This document shows positions 39,072 to 48,800 of a stretch of 64,000 bases of DNA, piece by piece. Both the position numbers and the translations under genes were made by a program. Every line of letters starts with the position of its first letter. The stretch's first letter is position 1. The notes under the pieces are model-generated. The model did not search any database and was not told where the DNA came from. It was given only the letters and a program-made list of their open reading frames with translations. The DNA lies in IMG/VR virus record IMGVR_UViG_3300023218_000062. One strand, written 5' to 3'. The stretch is from a virus. Lineage: Duplodnaviria; Caudoviricetes.

Positions 39072-40448
39072 GTGATTACATATAATATAAATTTTACAGA
39101 TTCGACCAAAGAGCCTATACAAGTCGAAGAAAAAGGTCTAAATGACTCTTTTAGCGTAAAATTTCCCGGACGTATAAAACTTGAATGGGGAGAAGATGTA
39201 AATGAAAATTTATTACATCTTTTAGAAAAATTTGCGGTATCAGCCGAATCTACTGAAAATATAAATGTACCAGATGATGCCGCTTCTAATCAAATATTAG
39301 CTAACCCTGTAGAAGGACAATTATGGTTTAACAAAACAAATACTAGATTATATTCCTATAATGGTACTGAATGGATACCATATACAATAAATGGCCAAGA
39401 ATATGGTGCGAACTGGGGGCAAATAAATCACGGTGAACAAATACCATTACCCGTTTCCCCTGCAGGGTACAATTTCACATATGAAGAATGTATATGGACA
39501 ATATCACCATTTACATATTTTGATGGCTTTGATTATGTTCAGTGCTTTTCTGACATAATAGATTCTACGGTTACGATGATATATAAAAATAATTCCGGTG
39601 AAGTAATAGAGGGCGTTGCTAATTATTTAATCGTGGGAATTAGAGGAAATGGAAATTTGGGAGAATTTATTACACCTTTACCAATTCCTTCACCTACACC
39701 TACACCTACATCATCAATAACACCATCAGTAACACCTACTTCTACACCAACACCAACATCAACACCAACACCAACACCATCAAATAGTGCTGGAGTTACT
39801 TCTACACCAACACCAACATCTACACCATCAAATAGTGCTGGAGCTACTTCTACACCAACACCAACATCTACACCATCAAATAGTGCTGGAGCTACTTCTA
39901 CACCAACACCAACACTAACACCAACACCAACACCATCAAATAGTGCTGGAGTCACTTCTACACCAACACCGACACCTACACCATCAAATAGTGCTACACC
40001 AACTCCAACACCTACTTCTACACCTACACCAACACCATCTACTTCTATCACTGATGATGGAAACGTAGTAGAAGGCCCTACTGATATAACTAATATAGAA
40101 GATGCGGGCGTTACGATATCAACAATAGAGTTTTCATCAACCGGCGGAATTTTCACAAGCAATTCAGCAAACTCTAATTGGTTAAATGGTCCTTTCCGTG
40201 CTGGCGAAGATGGGTCAGATTTTACATATACAATATCCCCAGACGTGGATGGAACAGATAATGGTGCTTCATACCCACCACTTTCGGGTGATTTATCATC
40301 TACAATTTCGTTTATTTCTCAAACTAACACGAATGGAAACGGATCATTGACTGCAACTATGACAATAACTGGCCCTAGAAATAGTGGGGTATTTAATATA
40401 TCCGTATTTGCCGGAAGTAGCGGTGGCGGCGGCGGTAACCCAGTATGA
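39072..40448 (+). CDS. Tail/baseplate-associated structural protein with long Pro-Thr-Ser linker (paralog 3)
   Basis: Same N-terminal module; about 120 aa PT/S tract with 48-nt tandem units near 39685-40040. Confidence 0.6.
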   Translation: MITYNINFTDSTKEPIQVEEKGLNDSFSVKFPGRIKLEWGEDVNENLLHLLEKFAVSAESTENINVPDDAASNQILANPVEGQLWFNKTNTRLYSYNGTEWIPYTINGQEYGANWGQINHGEQIPLPVSPAGYNFTYEECIWTISPFTYFDGFDYVQCFSDIIDSTVTMIYKNNSGEVIEGVANYLIVGIRGNGNLGEFITPLPIPSPTPTPTSSITPSVTPTSTPTPTSTPTPTPSNSAGVTSTPTPTSTPSNSAGATSTPTPTSTPSNSAGATSTPTPTLTPTPTPSNSAGVTSTPTPTPTPSNSATPTPTPTSTPTPTPSTSITDDGNVVEGPTDITNIEDAGVTISTIEFSSTGGIFTSNSANSNWLNGPFRAGEDGSDFTYTISPDVDGTDNGASYPPLSGDLSSTISFISQTNTNGNGSLTATMTITGPRNSGVFNISVFAGSSGGGGGNPV

Positions 40449-41203
40449 AGAAAATACAAAATGTGAAAACACGTCAATCTAGTAAACAAGAAAATGATAA
40501 AATACTGGCTCTTAAATCTAAAAAAAAATATTATCTTAAGAATACTGACTGGACCCAAATAAATGATGTAAGAATTAAAAACAATGATGAAATAAAGAAA
40601 TGGCGTAAACGTTTAAGAGATTTTGACATAGATGACCTCTCATATGAACAGTCTGAAAAAGAATTAGAAAAAATTATATCTGAGATGCCAATGCCAATTA
40701 TAGGAAAAAAGGTTGACACTGTTGACAAAGAAAAAGAGTACAATAGTGACGATATATCTACTGTATATAAAGAATTAAAAACGATAAAGGAGAATATATC
40801 TACCATATATAAAGAACTGGATAACGATAATGAAATAATAGAATTAGAAGAACAGGAATTTAGAAATGTAATCTTAAAATTGTTTACTGAAGATGCCAAT
40901 AAATTATTAATGGAAAATGGAATATTGGAATATAACCTGATGACTATTTTATTGGAAGAAGCGATAGATAGACAATTTTCAGATGATAGCTATGGACCAT
41001 TATTAGATCAATATTTGGAATCTTTAAATTCGTTATCGTTGGAAGAAATTATTAGCAATTGCAGGAGTTTCTTCAAAAATATTAATGGTTTGTATACTAA
41101 CATAGCTAAACAACGAGCAAGGATGTATAATATGTCTATAGACTCTTTAAATAATTGGTGTGTAGAAAATGGACATAGATATAGATGTTACAACAACGAC
41201 TAA
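40445..41203 (+). CDS. Tail fibre assembly chaperone-like protein
   Basis: L.NTDWTQ+.D......W..R..LRD motif of phage tail assembly chaperones. Confidence 0.5.
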   Translation: MKKIQNVKTRQSSKQENDKILALKSKKKYYLKNTDWTQINDVRIKNNDEIKKWRKRLRDFDIDDLSYEQSEKELEKIISEMPMPIIGKKVDTVDKEKEYNSDDISTVYKELKTIKENISTIYKELDNDNEIIELEEQEFRNVILKLFTEDANKLLMENGILEYNLMTILLEEAIDRQFSDDSYGPLLDQYLESLNSLSLEEIISNCRSFFKNINGLYTNIAKQRARMYNMSIDSLNNWCVENGHRYRCYNND

Positions 41204-41750
41204 CCCGCCTGATATATTCAATAATATAACATCTGCTTCTATAGTAGAAAATGGAGAACTAAAGCGACATAATGTTGGATATTATTTTCAGAATATACCA
41301 ATAGATCCTCACACGGGATTATCAGCAATACCATATAAAAAGGCATTAGATTTTGATTATTTTAAAATTGATATAATTCACTTGAAACTTTTGGATTATT
41401 TTGATTCAAAAAAAGAATTAATACAGTACATGCACCGCAAACCAAAATGGGAAATGTTATGGGATAGAAATATAGTTCCTAAACTATTTCATTTTTCAAA
41501 ATCATATGAATTGCTAAATAAAATTAGGCCCAAGAGTATATTAGAAATATCTGATTGTTTAGCTCTTATACGGCCCGGCAAAAGAAAATTAATAAATAGG
41601 TATTTGAAAGAGAAAAATAAAAATAAAATTAGGATAGAATTATATAAGAAAGAGCAGGCAAGCGATCTTCGAAAATCGCACGCTTTGCCATATGCATATT
41701 TAATAATTGCACAATTAAATTTAATAAGGGATGGTAAATATGAAACTTAA
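41169..41750 (+). CDS. DNA polymerase III alpha-like fragment 2 (catalytic-aspartate half)
   Basis: Starts MDIDID (DxD), H.+G, FKIDII (third Asp), LALIRPG, KSHA..YA. Confidence 0.8.
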   Translation: MDIDIDVTTTTNPPDIFNNITSASIVENGELKRHNVGYYFQNIPIDPHTGLSAIPYKKALDFDYFKIDIIHLKLLDYFDSKKELIQYMHRKPKWEMLWDRNIVPKLFHFSKSYELLNKIRPKSILEISDCLALIRPGKRKLINRYLKEKNKNKIRIELYKKEQASDLRKSHALPYAYLIIAQLNLIRDGKYET

Positions 41751-42036
41751 AAATATTATGGAACAAGAAAATATATTATTATCTTCTACACAAAAAAAAA
41801 TAATATTAACGATATACATATCGATAACACCGTTACTTGCATTCGAAGAAATACAAGATAGTGAAACAGATATCATTGCTGTGGATTTATTAAATCGATA
41901 TGGTTATATTAATATATATGAAAATGGAGCAGAGTTAACCTCAAAAGGACAAGAGGCGTTAGTGTCATACGGACTGGTTGATGAAAATGGGGAAGTAACA
42001 GATATGGGCCAAAAAATTTTAGATAATTATGAATAA
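41731..42036 (+). CDS. Hypothetical protein (likely start ATG 41740)
   Basis: MKLKNIME N-terminus. Confidence 0.55.
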   Translation: MVNMKLKNIMEQENILLSSTQKKIILTIYISITPLLAFEEIQDSETDIIAVDLLNRYGYINIYENGAELTSKGQEALVSYGLVDENGEVTDMGQKILDNYE

Positions 42037-42503
42037 TAGTCTATAGTTTTAGTAAAATCTACAACATTTTTCTGAAATGTGGCCTTTTCTTTAGGTATTT
42101 TTCGTTTTCTCTTTCTAGTTTTAACTGGATTGTTCATCTCAAAAACAAATACCGGCCCTATTAATCTAGACACATAATCAATAGAGTAGGCTTTTATTAT
42201 TTTTGAAGTAATAAATTCAACACCTTTTTTACAAAACTCTATGGATATAGGGTAATTCTCTTTATTAGTATGGTACCATTCGTTAGCTATCTTGATAATA
42301 TCTAATTCGGAGATTTGTTGAGGATGACATAAATCTAAACAATATGCAGATATATGTCTCTTTGTTACATTGTCTATTATACTTAAATTAATTTCATCAT
42401 TATATTTAATCAACGTAATAAATGGACATCCATCATAATCCTTGGGGTAATCTTCTACAATTATAGGGAAATGGGAATTACTTTTAATTTTAGTTATTTG
42501 CAT
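42027..42503 (-). CDS. Hypothetical protein
   Basis: 158-aa minus-strand ORF not overlapping a + gene. Confidence 0.65.
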   Translation of the reverse strand: MQITKIKSNSHFPIIVEDYPKDYDGCPFITLIKYNDEINLSIIDNVTKRHISAYCLDLCHPQQISELDIIKIANEWYHTNKENYPISIEFCKKGVEFITSKIIKAYSIDYVSRLIGPVFVFEMNNPVKTRKRKRKIPKEKATFQKNVVDFTKTIDYYS

Positions 42504-42566
42504 ATACTTTTCTTTTATAATTATATAATAAAACTATTTATATAACCGTATTGATTTTGAATAAAT

Positions 42567-42956
42567 ATGTGTATAATTATTAGAAGGCTCATAATGTTTA
42601 AAATTTTTCGTTATGAAAATGATATAGAAGCGTCTGAAGATGCACTTGAAAATGAAACTGGCTTCAATGAGGATGAACAGGAACAGCAAGATCATAATTT
42701 TGAAGGCACCATAAGAACGGTAGCCGGAGCCTGTCTAGTGTATAAGAGAAAAGAAACTGGAAATACTTTTGAAGAGTTATGGATTTATTCTATAGATTCT
42801 AGGAACATAAAAATTGAAAATGATATACGTAATAGTATATTAGCAGGGACTGATATAGATCCACAAACGCAAAGATCTCCTGAAGGTGATCAAAGGGCCT
42901 CTACAGAAAGTGTCGGAAATGTTCAGTTTTTACATATAACAGGATTACCAAATTAA
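42567..42956 (+). CDS. Hypothetical protein
   Basis: Acidic ORF of about 120 aa, likely ATG 42594. Confidence 0.55.
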   Translation: MCIIIRRLIMFKIFRYENDIEASEDALENETGFNEDEQEQQDHNFEGTIRTVAGACLVYKRKETGNTFEELWIYSIDSRNIKIENDIRNSILAGTDIDPQTQRSPEGDQRASTESVGNVQFLHITGLPN

Positions 42957-43343
42957 ATGTATACTGGATATGAACTAACACAGCACTCAAGGAACAAATT
43001 GGAAAAATTATTTTCACCAAAATACCCTAATTTTTTAGGACATCATATTACAGAAAAATTTGGGGAAACTGACCCCAATAATATACCGAACAAACCAAAC
43101 GATATTAAGGTGGTAGGATACGTCAATGATAACAAGGGTATAGAGGGTCTTCTTGTATCCATTAACGGGATCACAGAGCGTCCAGATGGTAGTCATTATC
43201 ATATAACATGGAGCTTAAATTCGAGTAAGGGATACAAACCCGCATATACTAACAAAATAATTAAAAATGCTAAAAGAGTACCACCTATTGATATAGATGC
43301 CATTCCTAAATTCTTTTCAGGTTCTACACAACAAGAACTTTAA
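42957..43343 (+). CDS. 2H phosphoesterase-like protein
   Basis: Two HxT motifs (GHHIT, HYHIT) in 128 aa. Confidence 0.6.
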   Translation: MYTGYELTQHSRNKLEKLFSPKYPNFLGHHITEKFGETDPNNIPNKPNDIKVVGYVNDNKGIEGLLVSINGITERPDGSHYHITWSLNSSKGYKPAYTNKIIKNAKRVPPIDIDAIPKFFSGSTQQEL

Positions 43344-43445
43344 AAAATAAACTCTAAAAGATTATGTAAACATTTGACAAATTAACCTCTTGCATATATT
43401 ATATTTCGTAAGAAATACAAGGGATAAAACCCATGGACAATAAAA

Positions 43446-43982
43446 ATGATATATAGTTTTTCTGGACCCCCCGGACAAGGAAAAAGTGAGGCCATTTCTT
43501 TCTTTCAAGAAGAAGGTTTTTTGACTATACCAACTAAGAGAGCAGATTGTACTACCTCAATTGTGCAATTTCAAAAAATACAAGAAGAGATTTTAGATGA
43601 TAAATTTGCTATTATATCTGAGCGTTCTAATGATCTACCACTAATCATAGAGTCTTCATTTGTAGATATGTTCATTTACAGTATGTTAATTCTTGGAGTA
43701 CATTATGATCATTCTACTTGGTTGAATAGTTTTTATAATAAATGTATACACTATCAAAAAATAATAGATTTGACTATTTTATTTCCTTATATACAAAGGG
43801 AAAATCAAGGAATGAATGAATTTTCGGCTGAATCTTTTTATATATTAGCTGAACACTATTTAAATCTGAATAACTTTATTTTTATGAAAGGCCACGGTTT
43901 AGATAATAATATACAATTGTTAATAAAGAATGAGGAACTTAATTATAAGGAAAAGGACACGAAAAACTATTGGAAGAATTAA
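43446..43982 (+). CDS. P-loop nucleotide-kinase-like protein (NadR/AAA_28-like)
   Basis: YSFSGPPGQGKS; upstream TTGACA-N17-TATTAT promoter. Confidence 0.5.
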   Translation: MIYSFSGPPGQGKSEAISFFQEEGFLTIPTKRADCTTSIVQFQKIQEEILDDKFAIISERSNDLPLIIESSFVDMFIYSMLILGVHYDHSTWLNSFYNKCIHYQKIIDLTILFPYIQRENQGMNEFSAESFYILAEHYLNLNNFIFMKGHGLDNNIQLLIKNEELNYKEKDTKNYWKN

Positions 43983-44110
43983 TGTCAGAAGACATAATGA
44001 AAGAAATTGATAGAGGAAAACTCTAAAAAATGTCTGCCTAGGAATTTAAAGATTCACTTTAAGAACGAAATAATGAAAGAGCATAATATGGAACAAGGAG
44101 TTACTAACAA

Positions 44111-44725
44111 ATGATAACTGATGGAAATTATTATCTGGCTGTTCATGTAGAAACTACTGGAATAAACCAAGAAACCGATAAAAAAATTACTGATGGGCAC
44201 TCTATTGTGGCTTTAGCGTTGGTTATATGTGATAAGGAGTTTAATAGAGTAGAGGATAAGATAATCTTTATTGATAATGGCATAAATGACGCAGAGTTGG
44301 GAACTCGCTGGCACGGGATATCTAACTCTTTCTTAAAAGAAGAGGGTGTATCAGAAGAAGATGCAGTATTGCAATTTGCTAATTTTATATTAGAATATTT
44401 TTCTCCAGAGGATGATATAGTTTGTTTAGGACAAAATCCACATTCTTTTGCTCTTCCGTTCCTTAAAAAATTATTGTATAAACATAAGGTATATATTAAC
44501 TTTTCTACCAATAGCCTAGATTTATTCTCTCTTACCGCACCTACTATGGGAGAGCTATCGATACGCGAAGTTATAGATATATTTGGAGATGTAGATGATT
44601 TGCCGACTCATTATCAGCAACATGAATACTGTTGTTTATTGAAGGTCATATCATTTATAGAAACTTTTAGGAGATTAAAGAAAGCATGGATATCAATGAC
44701 GAGAAAAGTAAAGTTAAAGAAATAG
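44111..44725 (+). CDS. DEDDh exonuclease-fold protein (Pol III epsilon-like), apparently catalytically degenerate
   Basis: ExoI reads HVETTG (D to H), ExoII N..SFALPFL (D to A), no clear ExoIII H/D. Confidence 0.6.
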   Translation: MITDGNYYLAVHVETTGINQETDKKITDGHSIVALALVICDKEFNRVEDKIIFIDNGINDAELGTRWHGISNSFLKEEGVSEEDAVLQFANFILEYFSPEDDIVCLGQNPHSFALPFLKKLLYKHKVYINFSTNSLDLFSLTAPTMGELSIREVIDIFGDVDDLPTHYQQHEYCCLLKVISFIETFRRLKKAWISMTRKVKLKK

Positions 44726-44994
44726 AAAAATGGACAAGCAAAATATCGGAATGGACTATTACTTGTGCTAATACCATAAACAACCTTGTTTCTAAAAGTA
44801 AAGATATTGAAGAAAAGACAAATAAATTAGAGCAAGATCTTAAAAAGACCAAACAAAATCTAATAAATATAACTAGACAACATAACAATACTCTACGAAG
44901 GTTGAAACAGATAGAGTATGAAAATAGAAATATGAGACAAGATTTGGATAATATTGCTAGAACTAAAACTACTAAGGGAAGTAAAAGTACATAA
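44686..44994 (+). CDS. Coiled-coil hypothetical protein
   Basis: 102 aa heptad-rich. Confidence 0.5.
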   Translation: MDINDEKSKVKEIEKWTSKISEWTITCANTINNLVSKSKDIEEKTNKLEQDLKKTKQNLINITRQHNNTLRRLKQIEYENRNMRQDLDNIARTKTTKGSKST

Positions 44995-45407
44995 TGGCTA
45001 TTATAAGCACTGCTGCACTCGGAAAAACAGCATTAAATTTTTTACAGATAGCATGGAAACCTCTAGCATTGATGATTGGGGGAATTATCCTAGCTCATAT
45101 AATATATTATGGACCTAAAATTGATAATAAAAATTTAAAATTGGAACTCCAAAAACAAGAAGTTTTTCGTATGGAATCTATCATAAAAGATCAAAATGAA
45201 AAAATACAAAAAGCATCGGAACAATCCAGAAGAGAATTTGATACAATATTAGAAGATCTTAGAAAAAATTTATCAGATAGAAATAGAGTTTCGGAAGAGA
45301 CCTTACAACGTATATTAGATAGTGCAACTCCAGAAAGTTGTTTAGAAATTAATACTTTTTTATTAGAACAAATTGGCAATTTACAATGGGGGGCCGAAAA
45401 TGAATAA
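44994..45407 (+). CDS. Inner-membrane spanin (Rz-like)
   Basis: N-terminal TM followed by coiled coil, overlapping a lipoprotein gene. Confidence 0.65.
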   Translation: MAIISTAALGKTALNFLQIAWKPLALMIGGIILAHIIYYGPKIDNKNLKLELQKQEVFRMESIIKDQNEKIQKASEQSRREFDTILEDLRKNLSDRNRVSEETLQRILDSATPESCLEINTFLLEQIGNLQWGAENE

Positions 45408-45894
45408 AATATTGATAGCGTTGTCACTACTTATATTTGTTTCGGGTTGTGGTACAAGGGAGGTCATTAAAGAAGTAGAAAAAAAGGTTCCGATATATAT
45501 GGTACCAGAGCCTCCAAGCCTAGAGCGTCCAGAGCTTCCTATACATTCGGACATCGGACAAGATGCAGGTAAATTGGCAAAAGCTTATGTAGTATCATTA
45601 AGGCTAGTCATGAATTGGGGCACAGCCATGAATCAAATTGTATATGCGTATGAAAAAATGGCGGAAAGAGATTTTTCATTAACCCCTATGACGTTTGCAG
45701 ATGGAAGTACACTTGCGGCCGAACAACCCAATAGGATATTGCCAGAAGATATAGAAAGAAATGATGGTGATTTTGCAACATTAAAAATTTTTGCCGATGA
45801 AGAATTTAATAGAATAATTAATAAATATGAATATAACAAAAATTTAATATTGGAAGAATATAATGCGCCTGAAGCAGATAACAAAACTGAATGA
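45400..45894 (+). CDS. Outer-membrane spanin lipoprotein (Rz1-like)
   Basis: MNKILIALSLLIFVSG|C lipobox, Pro-rich VPEPPSLERPELP. Confidence 0.65.
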   Translation: MNKILIALSLLIFVSGCGTREVIKEVEKKVPIYMVPEPPSLERPELPIHSDIGQDAGKLAKAYVVSLRLVMNWGTAMNQIVYAYEKMAERDFSLTPMTFADGSTLAAEQPNRILPEDIERNDGDFATLKIFADEEFNRIINKYEYNKNLILEEYNAPEADNKTE

Positions 45895-46171
45895 AGCAGA
45901 AAAAAACGAAATTCAGTTTAAGGATCTAGAGCCTAGAAAGCCTTTACCGGAATTGATCTATAAAAAAATTAAAAGAAAAGTGCGGGATGGTGCAAAAGAT
46001 TATGATCAAGAGTGGAAGAATGCTATGGATTTGGTAGATTGGTCGTTCGAAGAGCTAAATATAAATAAGCCGTTAGCATCTGATCCTAGATGGTCACAGT
46101 ATCTTGATTTGATTAGAGAAGCAGTCAAAGAGTTACATAAAGCCAGAGGGGAATGGAAACTAGGAGTTTAA
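45863..46171 (+). CDS. Hypothetical protein
   Basis: 102 aa, MRLKQITKLNE N-terminus. Confidence 0.55.
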   Translation: MRLKQITKLNEAEKNEIQFKDLEPRKPLPELIYKKIKRKVRDGAKDYDQEWKNAMDLVDWSFEELNINKPLASDPRWSQYLDLIREAVKELHKARGEWKLGV

Positions 46172-46175
46172 AATA

Positions 46176-47948
46176 ATGAGTGTACAAAAAACGTTAGAAG
46201 TATTAAGAATGAGAAAATTGATGGGGAGTGATGAACTCATCGCAGAAAATTTTGATGTTTGTGATGAATTTGAAGAATTGTCAGAAACTGAGTGGGCTGA
46301 TCTTCCTACAGAAATGAGGGCTATTATTGAAGATAAGAAGCATGTACTAACATATTCTTATGGAGATAGTTCATTTAAATTGAAACCTATCAAAGTCAAC
46401 AACGACGATGAAGATATCCCTGATTTAGCTAAACCTTCTGATTATGAAAAAGACGGCGGAGATACCAAAAAAGTCAATAAAAACATGGTTGATAATGAAA
46501 AAATAAATGAATCAGATTTTACGCACACATATCAAAAAGAAAAGGATGGCGAATATACAATATGGCTAACATCAGAAGATACCGGCGATAAAAAAGATCA
46601 AGTAAGTAGTGCAAAGTCTAAAGAAGAAGCTCTACGAAAGATCAATAAATTAAATAAAGAGTTAAAAGAATCATCATATTATGGTAAAGATAACAATATT
46701 CCGGAGGAAAAGCCGGAACCGGGTAAATATGAGAAATCTAGAAGAGATATTGCAGATGCAATATTAAAACACAAACGGGCAGATCATTGGAAAACATACT
46801 CGCATGATGATGAAAAATATCATATTGAAGATGCGGAAGAAGAAGAAGCTAGAAAAAAAACGGAAGATCGTAAAAAAAGAAAAGAAAAAGCAGATGAATT
46901 GCTGAAAACGTCTAAATTATCATCCGCAACGTTTGAAAGCTATCAGAACAGACAAGAATTTGATAATGATGACGACGCTGATATATATTTTGGGCATAAA
47001 CACCCTCGAACAACAAAAGTACCGTCACCAAAGGAGATAAAATCCGCAATTAATGATACTATAAATCGTATAAAAGATTATATGAACGACAATGAATATA
47101 AGGAATTTAAGGATGGGGAAAAGGCTATAGATGCTATGGTGCGTATAAAATCTGAATTGTCTAGTGGGGATTATGAAGGATTCTTAAAAGCACAAACATT
47201 TTTTCAAACGTTGATGGGGCCAATAATTGATTTCTTCCCTTCAGAGTTGGTAACTTTTTTGTCTACTGGTCACCAAAATCAAGATGGGGATTCCGGCTAT
47301 AATAAGGAAGTTGAACCATACGAAACAGAACTTCCTACTAATAATACTTTACCATTTAACACCAAATTATCAGAATCATATATGTTTAATAGGGAAGAGC
47401 GTTTTAATCAATTCTTTATAGATGAAGTTCTTCCAGAAGTGGTTAAAAAATATGGTTTTGATGATAAACCAGCAATACGTCAAACTTACAATGATACACT
47501 AGATTCATATGAGAAAGATGGAATGTTACCACCGAATTCTAGAAATTGGACACTACCAGACCAAGTTGTAGATAATCCATCAAACTATATAACAGAATCA
47601 ACTAGAATAATTGTTGAATATGGTAGTAACTCTTTTGATGAATCAAATACTGCTATTGAAACATGGTTTGAACGAGATCGTCAATATGTGGGGTTATATC
47701 CCAAAGATGATGAAGGTAAGCCTGATACGAATAAAAATGCTATAGTTGAATGGCAGGATGAAGCCGTGACAGAAGCAATAGAGGATGGATTTTTAGATCC
47801 AAGAGATTGGCATGGAAGTGCTCTTGCTTATGCAAAAAATGTTGGATTGATCAAGGAGTCTAGAAGAATTAGTATACGTGAATCAATAAAAATAAGAAGA
47901 AAGAAACAGATACTTCTAACCCATGCTGGCCCGGATACAAGCAAGTAG
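46176..47948 (+). CDS. Probable internal head protein/polyprotein; true C-terminus may be in the -1 frame to 48001
   Basis: Highly charged; repeated xxES sites (INES, LKES, TFES, LSES, ITES, IKES, IRES); PCWPGYKQVGMKK...VPNCVP lies in another frame at 47921-48001. Confidence 0.6.
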   Translation: MSVQKTLEVLRMRKLMGSDELIAENFDVCDEFEELSETEWADLPTEMRAIIEDKKHVLTYSYGDSSFKLKPIKVNNDDEDIPDLAKPSDYEKDGGDTKKVNKNMVDNEKINESDFTHTYQKEKDGEYTIWLTSEDTGDKKDQVSSAKSKEEALRKINKLNKELKESSYYGKDNNIPEEKPEPGKYEKSRRDIADAILKHKRADHWKTYSHDDEKYHIEDAEEEEARKKTEDRKKRKEKADELLKTSKLSSATFESYQNRQEFDNDDDADIYFGHKHPRTTKVPSPKEIKSAINDTINRIKDYMNDNEYKEFKDGEKAIDAMVRIKSELSSGDYEGFLKAQTFFQTLMGPIIDFFPSELVTFLSTGHQNQDGDSGYNKEVEPYETELPTNNTLPFNTKLSESYMFNREERFNQFFIDEVLPEVVKKYGFDDKPAIRQTYNDTLDSYEKDGMLPPNSRNWTLPDQVVDNPSNYITESTRIIVEYGSNSFDESNTAIETWFERDRQYVGLYPKDDEGKPDTNKNAIVEWQDEAVTEAIEDGFLDPRDWHGSALAYAKNVGLIKESRRISIRESIKIRRKKQILLTHAGPDTSK

Positions 47949-48071
47949 GAATGAAAAAAGGAATTAAAGGTAAAAAAGATGTACCCAACTGTGTCCCATA
48001 AGATGACAAATAAGGCTTGACAATTAGTTCCATTGTTATTGTTATTATAAAGGAAAGGAAAAATAATAGTA

Positions 48072-48281
48072 ATGGAACATAAAAAAGAATAGAAATTTAT
48101 TTGGATACTGGTGTTGTGTATTCGTATGAAGTTGAAAACCTCAATAAAGCACGGGAGCATGCCAGACAAGTATAAAACTGAATGTGCAGTAGAATCATAT
48201 CGTAATTTTTATAATAACGAAAAGTATCATTTGTTTGAGTGGGATAAAAGACCTAGACCTGCATGGACAATCGGGTACTAA
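48072..48281 (+). pseudogene. Fused remnants of two small genes, the second resembling the C-terminus of DenV-related phage proteins
   Basis: IEIYLDTGVVYSYEV..KAREHA joins MPDKYK.ECAVESYRNFY..EK...W.KR..PAW at shared gcatgcca; A6 frameshift at 48081. Confidence 0.4.
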
Positions 48282-48733
48282 TTAAAATTTTTGAAATGTA
48301 TATCTTTATTTTTAACTAGCTTGCCCATTTCGGCTTCAAATTCATCACCATCTATTTCTTTATTGATAGTTTCTTTATTCCAGAATTTATTATTTGAAAC
48401 TAAGTTATTCCAATATTCGATATCAATATCTTTTTTGGAGAATGAATGATTAGCAATAACATACTTATATTCTGAACGATTACTCGCAGCTTCTAACATT
48501 GTCATGTATCCCATATTCAAAGTTTTAAAAACTTTTTCAGGATCATCAAATATATTAACAAATTCATGTAAAATATATTTTGAATTTTTCTTAATAACTG
48601 CTATACAGAATAATTTGGTAAAATCTTTATTATATACGATCCAATCTTTTTGATATCCATCTTGGAACTCTTTGGACATGTCTATTGTCTTTTCATTTAG
48701 CGATGATAGGAATTCTAGTTTCATAGTTTTCAA
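48278..48733 (-). CDS. Hypothetical protein, late promoter
   Basis: 151-aa minus ORF; TATAAATA on minus strand at 48749-48756. Confidence 0.65.
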   Translation of the reverse strand: MKTMKLEFLSSLNEKTIDMSKEFQDGYQKDWIVYNKDFTKLFCIAVIKKNSKYILHEFVNIFDDPEKVFKTLNMGYMTMLEAASNRSEYKYVIANHSFSKKDIDIEYWNNLVSNNKFWNKETINKEIDGDEFEAEMGKLVKNKDIHFKNFN

Positions 48734-48763
48734 CTAATATAGCACAAATATTTATACGAAAAC

Positions 48764-48794
48764 TTGACACATAAAATTATTTCTGTTATAAATA
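48764..48794 (+). promoter_or_regulatory. Overlapping sigma70-like and late promoters for hsp20
   Basis: TTGACA (48764)-N17-TATAAA(TA) (48787). Confidence 0.7.
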
Positions 48795-48800
48795 TAATAC

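Noticed and set aside
31143-41750. Split-intein DnaE as in cyanobacteria
   Set aside because: Neither fragment carries intein block A or a terminal HN motif
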